A DNA stretch of 64,000 nucleotides from Porphyridium purpureum (lineage: Eukaryota). A program made the translations under genes and the position numbers. The stretch's first letter is position 1; every line of letters starts with the position of its first letter. Where the stretch lies: positions 62,001-126,000 of the forward strand of contig VRMN01000012.1 of NCBI GenBank assembly GCA_008690995.1. The letters run 5' to 3'. Below, one piece after another: positions 39,467 through 49,611 of the stretch. Below the pieces are notes generated by a model, which worked only from the letters and a program-made list of their open reading frames with translations, was not told the origin of the DNA and did not search any database.

Positions 39467-40755
39467 TAGCAGCGTGCAGGACTTCATGACCTGCTCCTCC
39501 GAGCCCTCCACCAGAGAAACATTGTACGTTCCCAACCCGGTTGAACCGTTTTCAAACCGGTTTGAAATCGATTGAAGCCGAGAAAACTTTGGCCATCGCC
39601 TGTGGAGTGCAGGAGCAGCGGAAAAAGGCTTTCGACAGCAGAGTAGACTTGGTGAAGCAGCCGCTGTGGTGCGCAGTCGCTGGAATGTCGTGTATGCGGA
39701 GTATTTGAGGAGACGGCGTTTGCTTGTACGGCGCCGGCGCCTGCTTCGTGGAAGATTCGTATGTCGTATACGTGGAAAGTAGGCCATATGGGATTAGAAG
39801 TGGTGAGGACGACAATGGGGAGCGACAATCAACATAACCGCAGCGAATTGAGACACGGCGCGTCCGGGGGAATGAGGAAGAATCCTTGCGGGCGCCGGGA
39901 GAAGGAAGAACGTCGCAGAAACATGAAATGTGGTTGAGAGTTGCGTCAATTGAGGTTGAGAATTTTGAGCCGCGCAAGCGCCATGACATGCAGATCTCGC
40001 AAACAACCGGAGGTATTCGTCCAAAGAGGACGCTGACCTCAGTGTCTATGGCGGCGCGCTCATGACGATCGTCGCGACCGGATAAGAATGTTCTAGATGT
40101 AACGACACAATGTTTATGAAGATATTCATTTTGGCTGGGAGAGAGGATTGCTCAGGTGTTCCGTGTGCGCAAATGTTTCCAAGATGGAAAGGGGTTTTCC
40201 CAATTGGCAGCCGTCCCGCTCGCCTTTGCAAGCCAACGGTACCACCTATTGTTAAAAAACGAAGGAGCAGAAACTAAACATACCATTAAATAAACCGTTT
40301 GATTTTCGCGTTAGTGTCATGCGCGAGCGTGTAATTCCAAAAACATGACCTCATTAAAACGCACTTTTTTACAACACATGGTGTAACGCACGTGCGTGGT
40401 GTGCGGAAACGGTTTACTTTGCCATGAAACCGATTCCATGATTAACGGTTTATCGGCGCATTGTTTCGATGCGACAAAATCACGAAAGAGGGTCATTTGA
40501 GTAGAAGATGCGAAACGCTCACGGTTATGGTTTAACGTGCAATGCGACGAGATGTAATGCGGTTCATGTTTCTTTGAATAAGAAAAGAAGTGAAACCGAT
40601 AAGAGAAACCGATAAGGAAAAACAAAAAAACGCGCAGCCGAGCAGGAGGCGAGTGGGTTGGGCAGAGGAGAAACGTGGGTTGGGGTGTTGTCCGCCGATG
40701 CGTGCGGACGGGTGTTGAATGGTGTGGTGGGGTTGTGGAAGGGCGCGCAGACGGT

Positions 40756-43700
40756 ATGGGACAGTACCTGTCGAGTGAGAATGGCGGGCCGCCAGCGCAT
40801 GGCCTGGATATGCACACGTTGGTCGCGGACGTGCTGATGAGCACGTCGTCGTTTAGTCGGACGCACACCGAGCGCACGCTCCAGAGTATTGGCGCGGCAA
40901 ATGCGGCGAATGCGGCAAGTGGGAAAGGGGGTAGTGGCAGTGGCGCTATTGCGGCCGCGGCCGCCGCGGCGGGAGCCGCGGTTGGAAAAGTGGCGGAGAA
41001 AAGAGACGCGCTCGGAGCGATGGCGTCGGCCGCGCAGCCGATGTCTGCGGGGGTTTCGAAGAAGGAGCGCCCGGGAGCGGCATTGTTGAGCTGGCTCAAG
41101 AACCCAACGCAGCTGCGGCAAGACAGAGAGCGTGATGGTAGCGGCAGTTCAGGCTCCTCGACGTCGTCCAAAATGGGACCCTTCTTGCCCGTGAGCATTC
41201 CCACATTGTACGTGACCGACCAGAACAAGGACGGTCGGCTCAGCCCGGACGAGATCTCGCGCGCTCTCAAGCGGTGGGCCGGCTACCGCGCGGCCGCGCG
41301 TGGAACTTACGCTGCGCTGCCAGAGTGGCAGCGCCGCATCCTGGAAGAGAGCGTGCAGGTGCTTGCGTCCAAAAAGGAGAATGGCGTGCTCACCCTCTTT
41401 GCGGTGCGCCGCGTGCTCAAGGACATTCGCAGTTGCACTGTGTGGTGTGCCAAGGATGAGCTTCATGGTGGGCGAGACTCGGCGTACATTAAGCGCACGC
41501 GCGGCGGCACGAAGGACGTGTTGGCCGTCGAGTGGAGTGACGCCGGCGCGCAACTGCAGCCATTGGAGGACGGGCTGCAGTACCTGGACGGACTGGAGCG
41601 GACGGAGAGCAAAGCTAAAGCGAGCACAAACCCAATCCCTGCAGCAGTCATCGAAGAGTACGCGGTATCCGCACTGGCCGCCGAGGCGCTCATCAAGGAT
41701 GACCACTCGGCCCTGGTGCGCGCTTTGGAAAGTGGCGGAAGAGCCGAGCGCAAGCGTTTCGTCAAGTGGTTATGGTTTCTTGCCATCGAAACCAGCCAGC
41801 TGCCTTCTTCAGAACACGCCGCTCCAGCTGGCGACTTGACGTCTGTCGGGAGCGCAAATTCAAGTTTCAGCAGCAGCTCAAAGCTGAGGCTGAAGTTTGC
41901 GGGATTGAGTATGGGTGGTCCGAGTCCTGCCGGCCGTGGTGGCGTGGCAGGGACAGCTACGGACGGAGTCGCGACCCTCGAATCAATATGCCAGCTGCTC
42001 CAACTGATGCACGAAGACTGCATTAGTCTCGACACTCTGCCCATTATGATGAACGAGTATTCCCCTGGTTATTCCAATGGCATGGCTGCGCCTGATGCGG
42101 CCGTGCAAGAAGAATTTCAACTGCATTATATGGATGCGCCTTCGCGACAGGGAAGTGCGTTTTTCGAGTCACTTTTTCGCAACGAAATCGACCCTCTCAC
42201 GCTGTTTGAAGACACGGCGCGCCGCGTGATACGGTCGCTGCGGTCCGCCACACACTCGAGCTCTGTTTTGAACGCCAATACCACGCAGTATGCAGCGCAT
42301 GACCAGGACGGCCTGCTTGATCTTGGGACGGAGCACGAGGTGTTTGCAGACTATCTGCTTGAGAAGGCCGGCGCAATGCGGAGAGACCGCAGTATTCCGA
42401 GCTCTGGCCCGAGTCGGAGTCTGAGCTCGGGCTCACCGCAGGTCAAGGGCACGCATACCAGAGCAATGACAGCTCTCTCGGGTAGCAAGGAAGCCCCAGA
42501 CGCACAGTCGTCCATACATGAGCAACAGCAGCAGCAGCAGCAACGCGAACTACTAAAACAAGAAGTACAAGACGCGTGTAGCCTTGACGCATGCGTTGTG
42601 TCCAAGAGCATGGACTCGCTCAACTTGTCTGCGCCACGTTTGCAAGAAGGCGATGGGCGCTTTTTGGCGCCAGACGAAATGTCGTTGCCCGAGTTTTTCG
42701 CACTCGGTGACTTGGTATGCCGACTGTACTTGGTCCGTCCACTGGGCCAAATGCCCGAGTGTGGCTGGTACGAGCTTCGGCGCGAGCTCGGTACCGGCGC
42801 GCAGGGCACTGTCTATCTGGGGCGTGATATCTCGACGTCACAGATGGTCGCGGTCAAGACGATTGGCCGCGTGGACGCGCACGAGAACTATGACCATGTT
42901 TTGATGCGCAACCCGCTTGTGACTGGCGTACTGGATATTCTGGAAGCCGTGCAGGCACATCCGAGCATCGTGCGATACAAAAAGGTCATTGCGACTGATG
43001 ACGCATGCCATTTTGTGATGGATATGTGCGCAGGCGGCAGCTTGTTTGAGGTGCTCACCTACCTGCAGAGCATGACTCCCGAAATCGAAGCCATGGCGGC
43101 ACTTGCCAACAGAGATCGAGACACTGCGGCGTATGGCAGCGGCGGCGCGGCATCAGCGCTGACGCATGGCTCACAGCGCTTCTCACCCAGTGGACGCAAG
43201 TCGCTCGACAGATATAGCGTGGAGCGCAATTCGTTGGACGCGGCCCGACGCAGCTCGCTTGAAATGATCACCGGGCGGGCTCGTGGGCGCAGAGACTCAA
43301 ATGCGATTTTGAATGGCGGTGCTTCCTCGTCTGGAAACACCGTGCCGAGCTCAGGCGGTCTCAAGGGCGGGCCGGACACCTCGTTTCAGTTGTCAAATGT
43401 GGTGGAAGGGCCGCTGGTATCTGAACGCACAGCACGCTGCATATTTCGACAGCTCGCGTCCGCTGTCGCACACTGCCATCGGCACAACGTGTGCCATCGT
43501 GACTTGAGGCTCCACAATCTGATGCTTACCGCAACGGGGGACTTGATTCTGATCGATTTTGACTCTGCGTCGGCTTTCAGCGGCGGGTGGGATTTGTTCA
43601 GCGGCGAGCATCTGGTGGGCTCCTTGTACTACCAAGCGCCGGAGCAGGTCAACGGCACTGCTTATGCAGGCATGAAAGTGGACGTGTGGGCCATGGGCAT

Positions 43701-45171
43701 TATCCTGTACTGGCTTTTCTACGGCCGCCCACCGTTCGCAGGTGACTCGATGCTCGACACGTTTGCGCTCATTCGAGAGTGCACGTGGGATCCAAAGCTG
43801 GTGCCTTCACCGCTCGCACTGGACCTGCTCAAGAAGCTGATCAACAAGGATCCGCAGGCACGTCTGACTGCCGAGCAGGTGTGCGAGCATCCGTGGCTCA
43901 AAGTGGACGATGATGACATCGACTTTGAGGATGGCACCAATGGTGCCAACGCTGACAATGGCCTCTCTGGAGCTTTCGAATCTCGTGGTATCGGAGATAG
44001 AAATCACGCTGCCGACTTGAGACTGGGCGTGGCAGAGAACCCACTCGAGCCGCTGCTCAGCCGATTCTGTCTGAATGTCCCCGTGGAGCTGTTTGGCGGT
44101 AGCATCGGTCCAGGCGGCGACTACGACGCAGAAGCAGTTTTCAGCTTGGCAAGAAAGGTGCTTGCGAGTATTTGGGCAGACGCAGACAAGTTCTTTCTGG
44201 TGCACGAACACCGTGTAAGCACCAGTCTGGACGCTGACCCAGCGCACAGCGTTGTGCACCAGCCCCACAGGTCGCTCACAATGCAGGTGGCGTTCCCGGA
44301 GTTTGAGTTTTGCATGCTCGTGAATTTTGTTTGGCTCGATCAAGAGCAATGGGCGGCTGTGCGTGCTCGTGTGTCACGTGTTGGAAGTGTTGAGGGAAAG
44401 AGCTGCAGCAAAGGCAGCATGGCCGCGCCTGCGCCCCTTCCGTTACCGAGCCGGGACATCTTGGTGCTTGCTAGTGTCGGAACACCAGCGAAGTGCGCGT
44501 CAGAAGATATCGCGCTTATGGGCTCCTCGCCTGTGGAAAGCATGAGCTTCGGGTCTCTCGCGCGAAGCATACACGCCTCTGCAGGCCATTCGCCCATGCA
44601 ACCTTGCTTGACGTTTGACCTGCTTCGTGGTGGAGGGAATGTGTTCGTCAAAGCGAGTCGCAAGATTGCGCACATCTTTCTGCAGCGCGTGCATGCAGCG
44701 GCGCACGCGCGATACAGCCTCAGCTATCCGTCCCGGAAAAGCATCAGCCAGGCTGGTGCGCGTCTTTTGTCGCCGCGAACGTCAGGTGTCTTCACAGGCA
44801 GGAAAAGCATCAGTGGCCTCTCTGGCAGGTTGGCTTCAGAAAAGTCAAGGGACAAGGCGGCCAGAGCTGCCGTGGTGGCTGCCGCTACGGCTGCGGCCGC
44901 AGAGGAGGCCGCGCTCTCCAATGAGCGTGAGAACATCGGTCGACCACGGGCTTCAAAGGAGAAGCTGATCTCACCAAAGGACAGTGGAGCGGATCGCGAA
45001 GCAAATGCATTGAGAGCGCCACAGCCCATTCCACGCAAGTTGACCTTCTCGTTAGAAGACGATGAGCTAGGTCCGAGCACGCCGGCTGAAGAGGCCGCGA
45101 AATCTTCTTCGGCAAAGTTCAAGTCTTTGTCCTGGCTTAGTGAGAAGCTCAAGAAGCCCGCGGGCAAATAG
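40756..45171 (+). CDS. Large Ser/Thr protein kinase (CAMK/SNF1-like) with myristoylation motif and one EF-hand-like loop
   Basis: MGQYLS start; DQNKDGRLSPDE; GTGAQGTV, VAVK, HRDLRLHN, DFD, APE, DVWAMG. Confidence 0.85.
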   Translation: MGQYLSSENGGPPAHGLDMHTLVADVLMSTSSFSRTHTERTLQSIGAANAANAASGKGGSGSGAIAAAAAAAGAAVGKVAEKRDALGAMASAAQPMSAGVSKKERPGAALLSWLKNPTQLRQDRERDGSGSSGSSTSSKMGPFLPVSIPTLYVTDQNKDGRLSPDEISRALKRWAGYRAAARGTYAALPEWQRRILEESVQVLASKKENGVLTLFAVRRVLKDIRSCTVWCAKDELHGGRDSAYIKRTRGGTKDVLAVEWSDAGAQLQPLEDGLQYLDGLERTESKAKASTNPIPAAVIEEYAVSALAAEALIKDDHSALVRALESGGRAERKRFVKWLWFLAIETSQLPSSEHAAPAGDLTSVGSANSSFSSSSKLRLKFAGLSMGGPSPAGRGGVAGTATDGVATLESICQLLQLMHEDCISLDTLPIMMNEYSPGYSNGMAAPDAAVQEEFQLHYMDAPSRQGSAFFESLFRNEIDPLTLFEDTARRVIRSLRSATHSSSVLNANTTQYAAHDQDGLLDLGTEHEVFADYLLEKAGAMRRDRSIPSSGPSRSLSSGSPQVKGTHTRAMTALSGSKEAPDAQSSIHEQQQQQQQRELLKQEVQDACSLDACVVSKSMDSLNLSAPRLQEGDGRFLAPDEMSLPEFFALGDLVCRLYLVRPLGQMPECGWYELRRELGTGAQGTVYLGRDISTSQMVAVKTIGRVDAHENYDHVLMRNPLVTGVLDILEAVQAHPSIVRYKKVIATDDACHFVMDMCAGGSLFEVLTYLQSMTPEIEAMAALANRDRDTAAYGSGGAASALTHGSQRFSPSGRKSLDRYSVERNSLDAARRSSLEMITGRARGRRDSNAILNGGASSSGNTVPSSGGLKGGPDTSFQLSNVVEGPLVSERTARCIFRQLASAVAHCHRHNVCHRDLRLHNLMLTATGDLILIDFDSASAFSGGWDLFSGEHLVGSLYYQAPEQVNGTAYAGMKVDVWAMGIILYWLFYGRPPFAGDSMLDTFALIRECTWDPKLVPSPLALDLLKKLINKDPQARLTAEQVCEHPWLKVDDDDIDFEDGTNGANADNGLSGAFESRGIGDRNHAADLRLGVAENPLEPLLSRFCLNVPVELFGGSIGPGGDYDAEAVFSLARKVLASIWADADKFFLVHEHRVSTSLDADPAHSVVHQPHRSLTMQVAFPEFEFCMLVNFVWLDQEQWAAVRARVSRVGSVEGKSCSKGSMAAPAPLPLPSRDILVLASVGTPAKCASEDIALMGSSPVESMSFGSLARSIHASAGHSPMQPCLTFDLLRGGGNVFVKASRKIAHIFLQRVHAAAHARYSLSYPSRKSISQAGARLLSPRTSGVFTGRKSISGLSGRLASEKSRDKAARAAVVAAATAAAAEEAALSNERENIGRPRASKEKLISPKDSGADREANALRAPQPIPRKLTFSLEDDELGPSTPAEEAAKSSSAKFKSLSWLSEKLKKPAGK

Positions 45172-45296
45172 TCTGAAGAGGATGCGACATCAAAATTGCG
45201 AATGCGTGAATGTACGTTTAAACACAAGATTGTTTGTGCCTCGTCGGAGCTTGAAGTGCGGGCGCGAGCACGCGAATGAAGTGAAGGGCGGCGAGC

Positions 45297-46745
45297 TCAG
45301 GCGGGCTGCACATCGACCGCGGCGCCCGCCGCTTTCCGCAAACGATTCATAATGGCAGAGCCAATTCCTTGCGTGTCGTCTACGCTCTGTGCAAGAATGA
45401 CAACCACACGCGATTCTTCGCAGGCGGCACCGTGTGGCGCCTGTTGGTCAGAGTTTACCTGTGGCTCGTCAAACGCGCGAAGGCAGAAGTACAGTTCGCG
45501 GCCGAACGATTCGACGCCCGCCCGCAGCGTCCCGCAGGGCACAAAGCGCACTGCAACATCCACAGCATGAGGATTCGCTTCATCGCCTTGTCGTTGCTCA
45601 GGCATTTTCAGCTCTGATTCGAGTTGCTCGCATAGTTCTTGATATGCCAACACGCCAATGCTGCATGGAGTCTGCTGTTGACTTTGGTGCATCCGTATGC
45701 GTTCAAAGAGAGCGCTGCGCAGAGCGGCCAGATTCGTGCCGCTAAGAATGACAGGCATGGATGGCGCGTAGTGCCGATACTTCATACCAGGGGCTTTTGG
45801 AGCCTCCATCTTGTCATTTGCATCAGTGCCGGTGTGAGACTGAGACGCGTCGCGAGCATGCTCTGTGAAAGCTTCACCTGCAGCAGACTCGAGCATCTGC
45901 CGCGTGATACCTCCCGGTCGCAAAATACACGGCGGCGTTCCGGTACGCTTCCCGTGTGCATCAATGCAACAACTAACATCCACCACTGTTGACTCCAGGC
46001 CAACGTCGCACATGACATGGCCTGCGTCATCTGAAGCGTCGCCGTCAAGCACGGCTCGTACAAGGCACGGTTGGGCGTTTGCAAAGTCGCGCACCACGTG
46101 TGCGGCGCGTGTGGGCGATGGCCTGCCGCTCAAATTCGCACTGGGAGCAGCCACGGGATGCTCGGGACCTAGACGGCGCAGTAACTGCTGTGCAACTGCA
46201 TTGGACGGCACGCGCACCGCCACGGTGTCCAGTCCGGCCGTCACCGTGTCTGAGAGGCTCGGTGCGTTTGGTGCTTCTCCGGCACCATTGTCAGTGCGCC
46301 TTCTCTTTGGCAGGACCAGCGTGAGCGGACCTGGCCAGAATGCCGCGGCGAGTTTACGAGCAATCTCTGGCAGCGGCGTTGCGACCAATCCGGAGCGTAA
46401 AAGCGATTCGATACTATCGACATGAACGATCAGAGGATTATCCGACGGACGCCCCTTGGCCGCGAATATCGAGCGGGCAGCGGCATCGTTGAAAGCATCT
46501 GCGCCAAGACCATATACTGTTTCTGTGGGGAATGCGACTAAACATCCAGCAGCGAGCAGACTCGCCGCTCGCTCAATATCCTGCTCTTTGCGAGCATCCA
46601 ATCGCTCCATTTTCTGATCATGCGCCTCAGACGTCGCCCGAGCACAACGAGACACGACGGAATGAAGCCGACCGGACCTCAATATTTGAAAAAGTCTCCC
46701 TGTTCCTGCTCTTGCTACACGAATGCTTGTCGCAGACGGAAACAT
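45297..46745 (-). CDS. SUA5: Threonylcarbamoyl-AMP synthase (YrdC plus Sua5 domain); start codon uncertain
   Basis: VAFPTETVYGLGA, KGRPSDNPLIVH, FWPGPLT, APSANLSGRPSPT, GLESTVVD, PGMKYRHYAP, AIMNRLRKAA. Confidence 0.95.
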   Translation of the reverse strand: MFPSATSIRVARAGTGRLFQILRSGRLHSVVSRCARATSEAHDQKMERLDARKEQDIERAASLLAAGCLVAFPTETVYGLGADAFNDAAARSIFAAKGRPSDNPLIVHVDSIESLLRSGLVATPLPEIARKLAAAFWPGPLTLVLPKRRRTDNGAGEAPNAPSLSDTVTAGLDTVAVRVPSNAVAQQLLRRLGPEHPVAAPSANLSGRPSPTRAAHVVRDFANAQPCLVRAVLDGDASDDAGHVMCDVGLESTVVDVSCCIDAHGKRTGTPPCILRPGGITRQMLESAAGEAFTEHARDASQSHTGTDANDKMEAPKAPGMKYRHYAPSMPVILSGTNLAALRSALFERIRMHQSQQQTPCSIGVLAYQELCEQLESELKMPEQRQGDEANPHAVDVAVRFVPCGTLRAGVESFGRELYFCLRAFDEPQVNSDQQAPHGAACEESRVVVILAQSVDDTQGIGSAIMNRLRKAAGAAVDVQPA

Positions 46746-47073
46746 GCACCGTGAACTCGCCGTCGAGTCAGCGTCGACCGAGCTTGCGCGGCGGGTCCGC
46801 ACCGGAATAACGAAGCAAATCTCGGTGCGCGTTCCGACCAACCAGGCGTTAAAAGTTTGCCAATAATTCACCGACGGCACTGCTCCCCTGTCAATCTTGA
46901 TCCGCGACTCCATCCACGCTCCATTCCCTCCGAAATCGTTTCTCCCAGCCGCCAGCTCGTCGCCGGAAGCGGCGGCCCTGTCTATAGACCGCTGTCTCAA
47001 CGCAAAGGACACACACGTCGAGCTCGCTGCGGTCCGACTTGTGGAGGCGATGCCGAGATCCGCGACACGGCCT

Positions 47074-47131
47074 AGCGAGCTGTCGAGCGAGCTGTCGAGC
47101 GAGCTGTCGAGCGAGCTGTCGAGCGTGCTGT
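47074..47131. repeat. 12-bp tandem repeat (AGCGAGCTGTCG) x4 plus a partial copy
   Basis: Read directly from the sequence, upstream of SUA5. Confidence 0.9.
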
Positions 47132-49611
47132 GGTCGTCGTGCCGAGCGCGTCGTGGCCGTCGCACAACCGCCCAGCGTCCGCCACTCGCGCCGTGCCCGC
47201 TGGTTTAACGGCGTATCGGCTTATCCGTCTATCGGCGTAGCGGTTTAACGGCTCATCGCTCTTTGGTTTGGCTTGCGGCTGTGTGGCAGGCGGTGGCGGG
47301 GTGTGCTGCGTGTTGGATCCAAGGCAAAAGATGGAGAAGATGATAAGCATGGCCACCCAAGATCTTCTGCAGCAAATATAGACCGTGAGTGTCTAAGGCC
47401 TTTGTGTTCGCTGCGCTCGGGAACTGCCTTGCAGCTCTTGTGCGAAACTTGAACTCGCGTAAAATGTGAGCTCTGAGCAATGAAGAGCGTGTAGAGGCAG
47501 GCCAAGTCGTAATCTCTGCTCGGATGCTCGCGAATGATTGGACTGTAGGCCACGGCTATGGATACCAGTACTTCATTCAGTGTGGCGCAGGAGCATATGT
47601 CACGCGCTTGACGCGGGGATTCGGCGGGAGTCGCAAGAGCTTCGCAGCCGTACTTGTTTCCAATTTAAATGCCCAACTGCGCCAGCTCGCTTGTCTCCGC
47701 TGCCGCGTTCTCCACATCCCAGCAAACGCTCTCTCGTCAAACAAATCGGCAAGAGCCTAGCAGCAGCACGAGCTTCTCGCGTCTACCTCGCTTTCTTCAT
47801 CTGCCTTGCAGCCATCAGCTCAACATCGAATCCCTCTTGTCCGGTCCTGCACACAACCCTCTCCGATGTGTCTCATCCAACTCTCGTTACCCTTGAGCGC
47901 CATTCCTTGAAGGTACACCATGTACAGTGCGTACAGCAGGTACAATAAGTACAGCGACTCATCCATGCGCGAGTTTATAGTAAAACACGCGTTTTTTACA
48001 ACAAGCTGAGCATGCGCACAAGGTCTTCTGATTCGGACCCAAAATTAGCGCGCCCAGCGAGATTCTTCCATTTCGAGTACAGTCCAAAACAGGACTTTAG
48101 AATCAGAGCACCAAAAACGGGGCACCACACAGGAGAAACGGGAGCGTGCGTTGCGCACACAATGATTCCTCTTTGCAACGAGCTTCACTTGATCCTGGAT
48201 CGCGAGCCATCCATCCATTCATCTATCTATCCAAAGCGAGCTCGTCCACCACAACCACCACCACACTAATAACCACCACCACACTAATAACCACCACCAC
48301 CGCGCTTTTGTATGCCCGTTTGTCTTAAAAAAAACAGCCCTGTCCCACTCACATGGTACAAACAGTGGAAATCACACATTGCCGAAACATAACCCTTCAC
48401 CGCACCCGCTTCTCACACACCACACCCCCCACGCCTGAATTCAAAGTGTGTGGTCCATCACCATCGTCGTCTTGCTTACGAACTTGCCACTCCAGCCATG
48501 CAAGCCCCGCCATTCCAAGCGCATCCCGCAACGCTATTTTTACCTTTTATCTTTTCCTTCCACATGCAGTTGTTTTGCAAAGCACCATCGTGCTTTTCAC
48601 ACGCCGTGTTGTGCAACTCACACGTGGACCCTTTCTCATCTTGCACCCAGATTTCCGCATGTTTTTATCCCTCGCGCTCTATTTTTAGCGTGCTGTAAAG
48701 TGTGCGAGAAGCGGAGGTACGGAGGAACGGGGCGGGGATTGAGCTGGAAGGGTCATTCATTCATGGATTTTCAATAGTGGTTGCTTATGGGTTGTGGCTC
48801 GGCGGGTGTGTGTTATTTTTATGGCTGTAATGGAATTCGACGTAGAAACGGCGTGTGTGTGTGTGTCAAGGGTGGTGGTGGTGGTGGTGGGACACACGTG
48901 TCCCCTTGAATTTCGGGTGGTTTTGCTATGTGCGTGTGCGTGCAGGAGTGTGACGTGCAGCCTTCGTCGGTATTCAAGAGGCGATGATGCTGACGATGGC
49001 GACGCCGGAATAACTGCGGGTGCGGCGGTTGCTGCTGACTAGATCGCGACGCGGGGTAAGCGCGGTGATGACGAGGAGCAGGATGAGGCGCTGTGCATGC
49101 GTGTAACGCGCGGGTTACGCGTGCGGCGTGGCTTTGCAAGACGGAACATGGATTGAGGGGTGCGCGCGCGCGCGCGGTTTACGTGCGTAACCCCGTTTTC
49201 TGTCCCAACATGTCTCGTGGCCTCGCGCCCTCTTTCGGTCGATCGTCACGTCGCCAGATTGCCAGATCGCCATCGCTACGTTCCGCCTCGCCTCGGTGCT
49301 GATCAAGACGTGAACGCTGGCAGAGCCCTGTGGAGTTGTTTGCGTTGGTGCTGACGCGGGCGCGGCGCGAAGTGCAGCAAAGCAAGGTCGCAGACGCGCG
49401 CGCATGCGGGGATGGCTCTGAATTCGAACGGCTCCCTTGCGTGGGTCGCTCTGCGTGGTGCACGCAAATGCGGCGCGCATTGGGTATAAGACGGGCGCCG
49501 CGTGACCGTGCCAGGTGGTGAGGAGACGAGACGGATGCAGACGCGGATAAGGGAGCTTGACTAGAATTGTGCCGGAGTTTGCCTTTGGCTGGTTCGCGCT
49601 TTGCTTTAGGC

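Noticed and set aside
46746..47165. Long N-terminal extension of the SUA5 ORF
   Set aside because: It begins at a non-ATG codon and runs through a 12-bp repeat; probably upstream non-coding sequence, though an ATG at 46913 cannot be excluded
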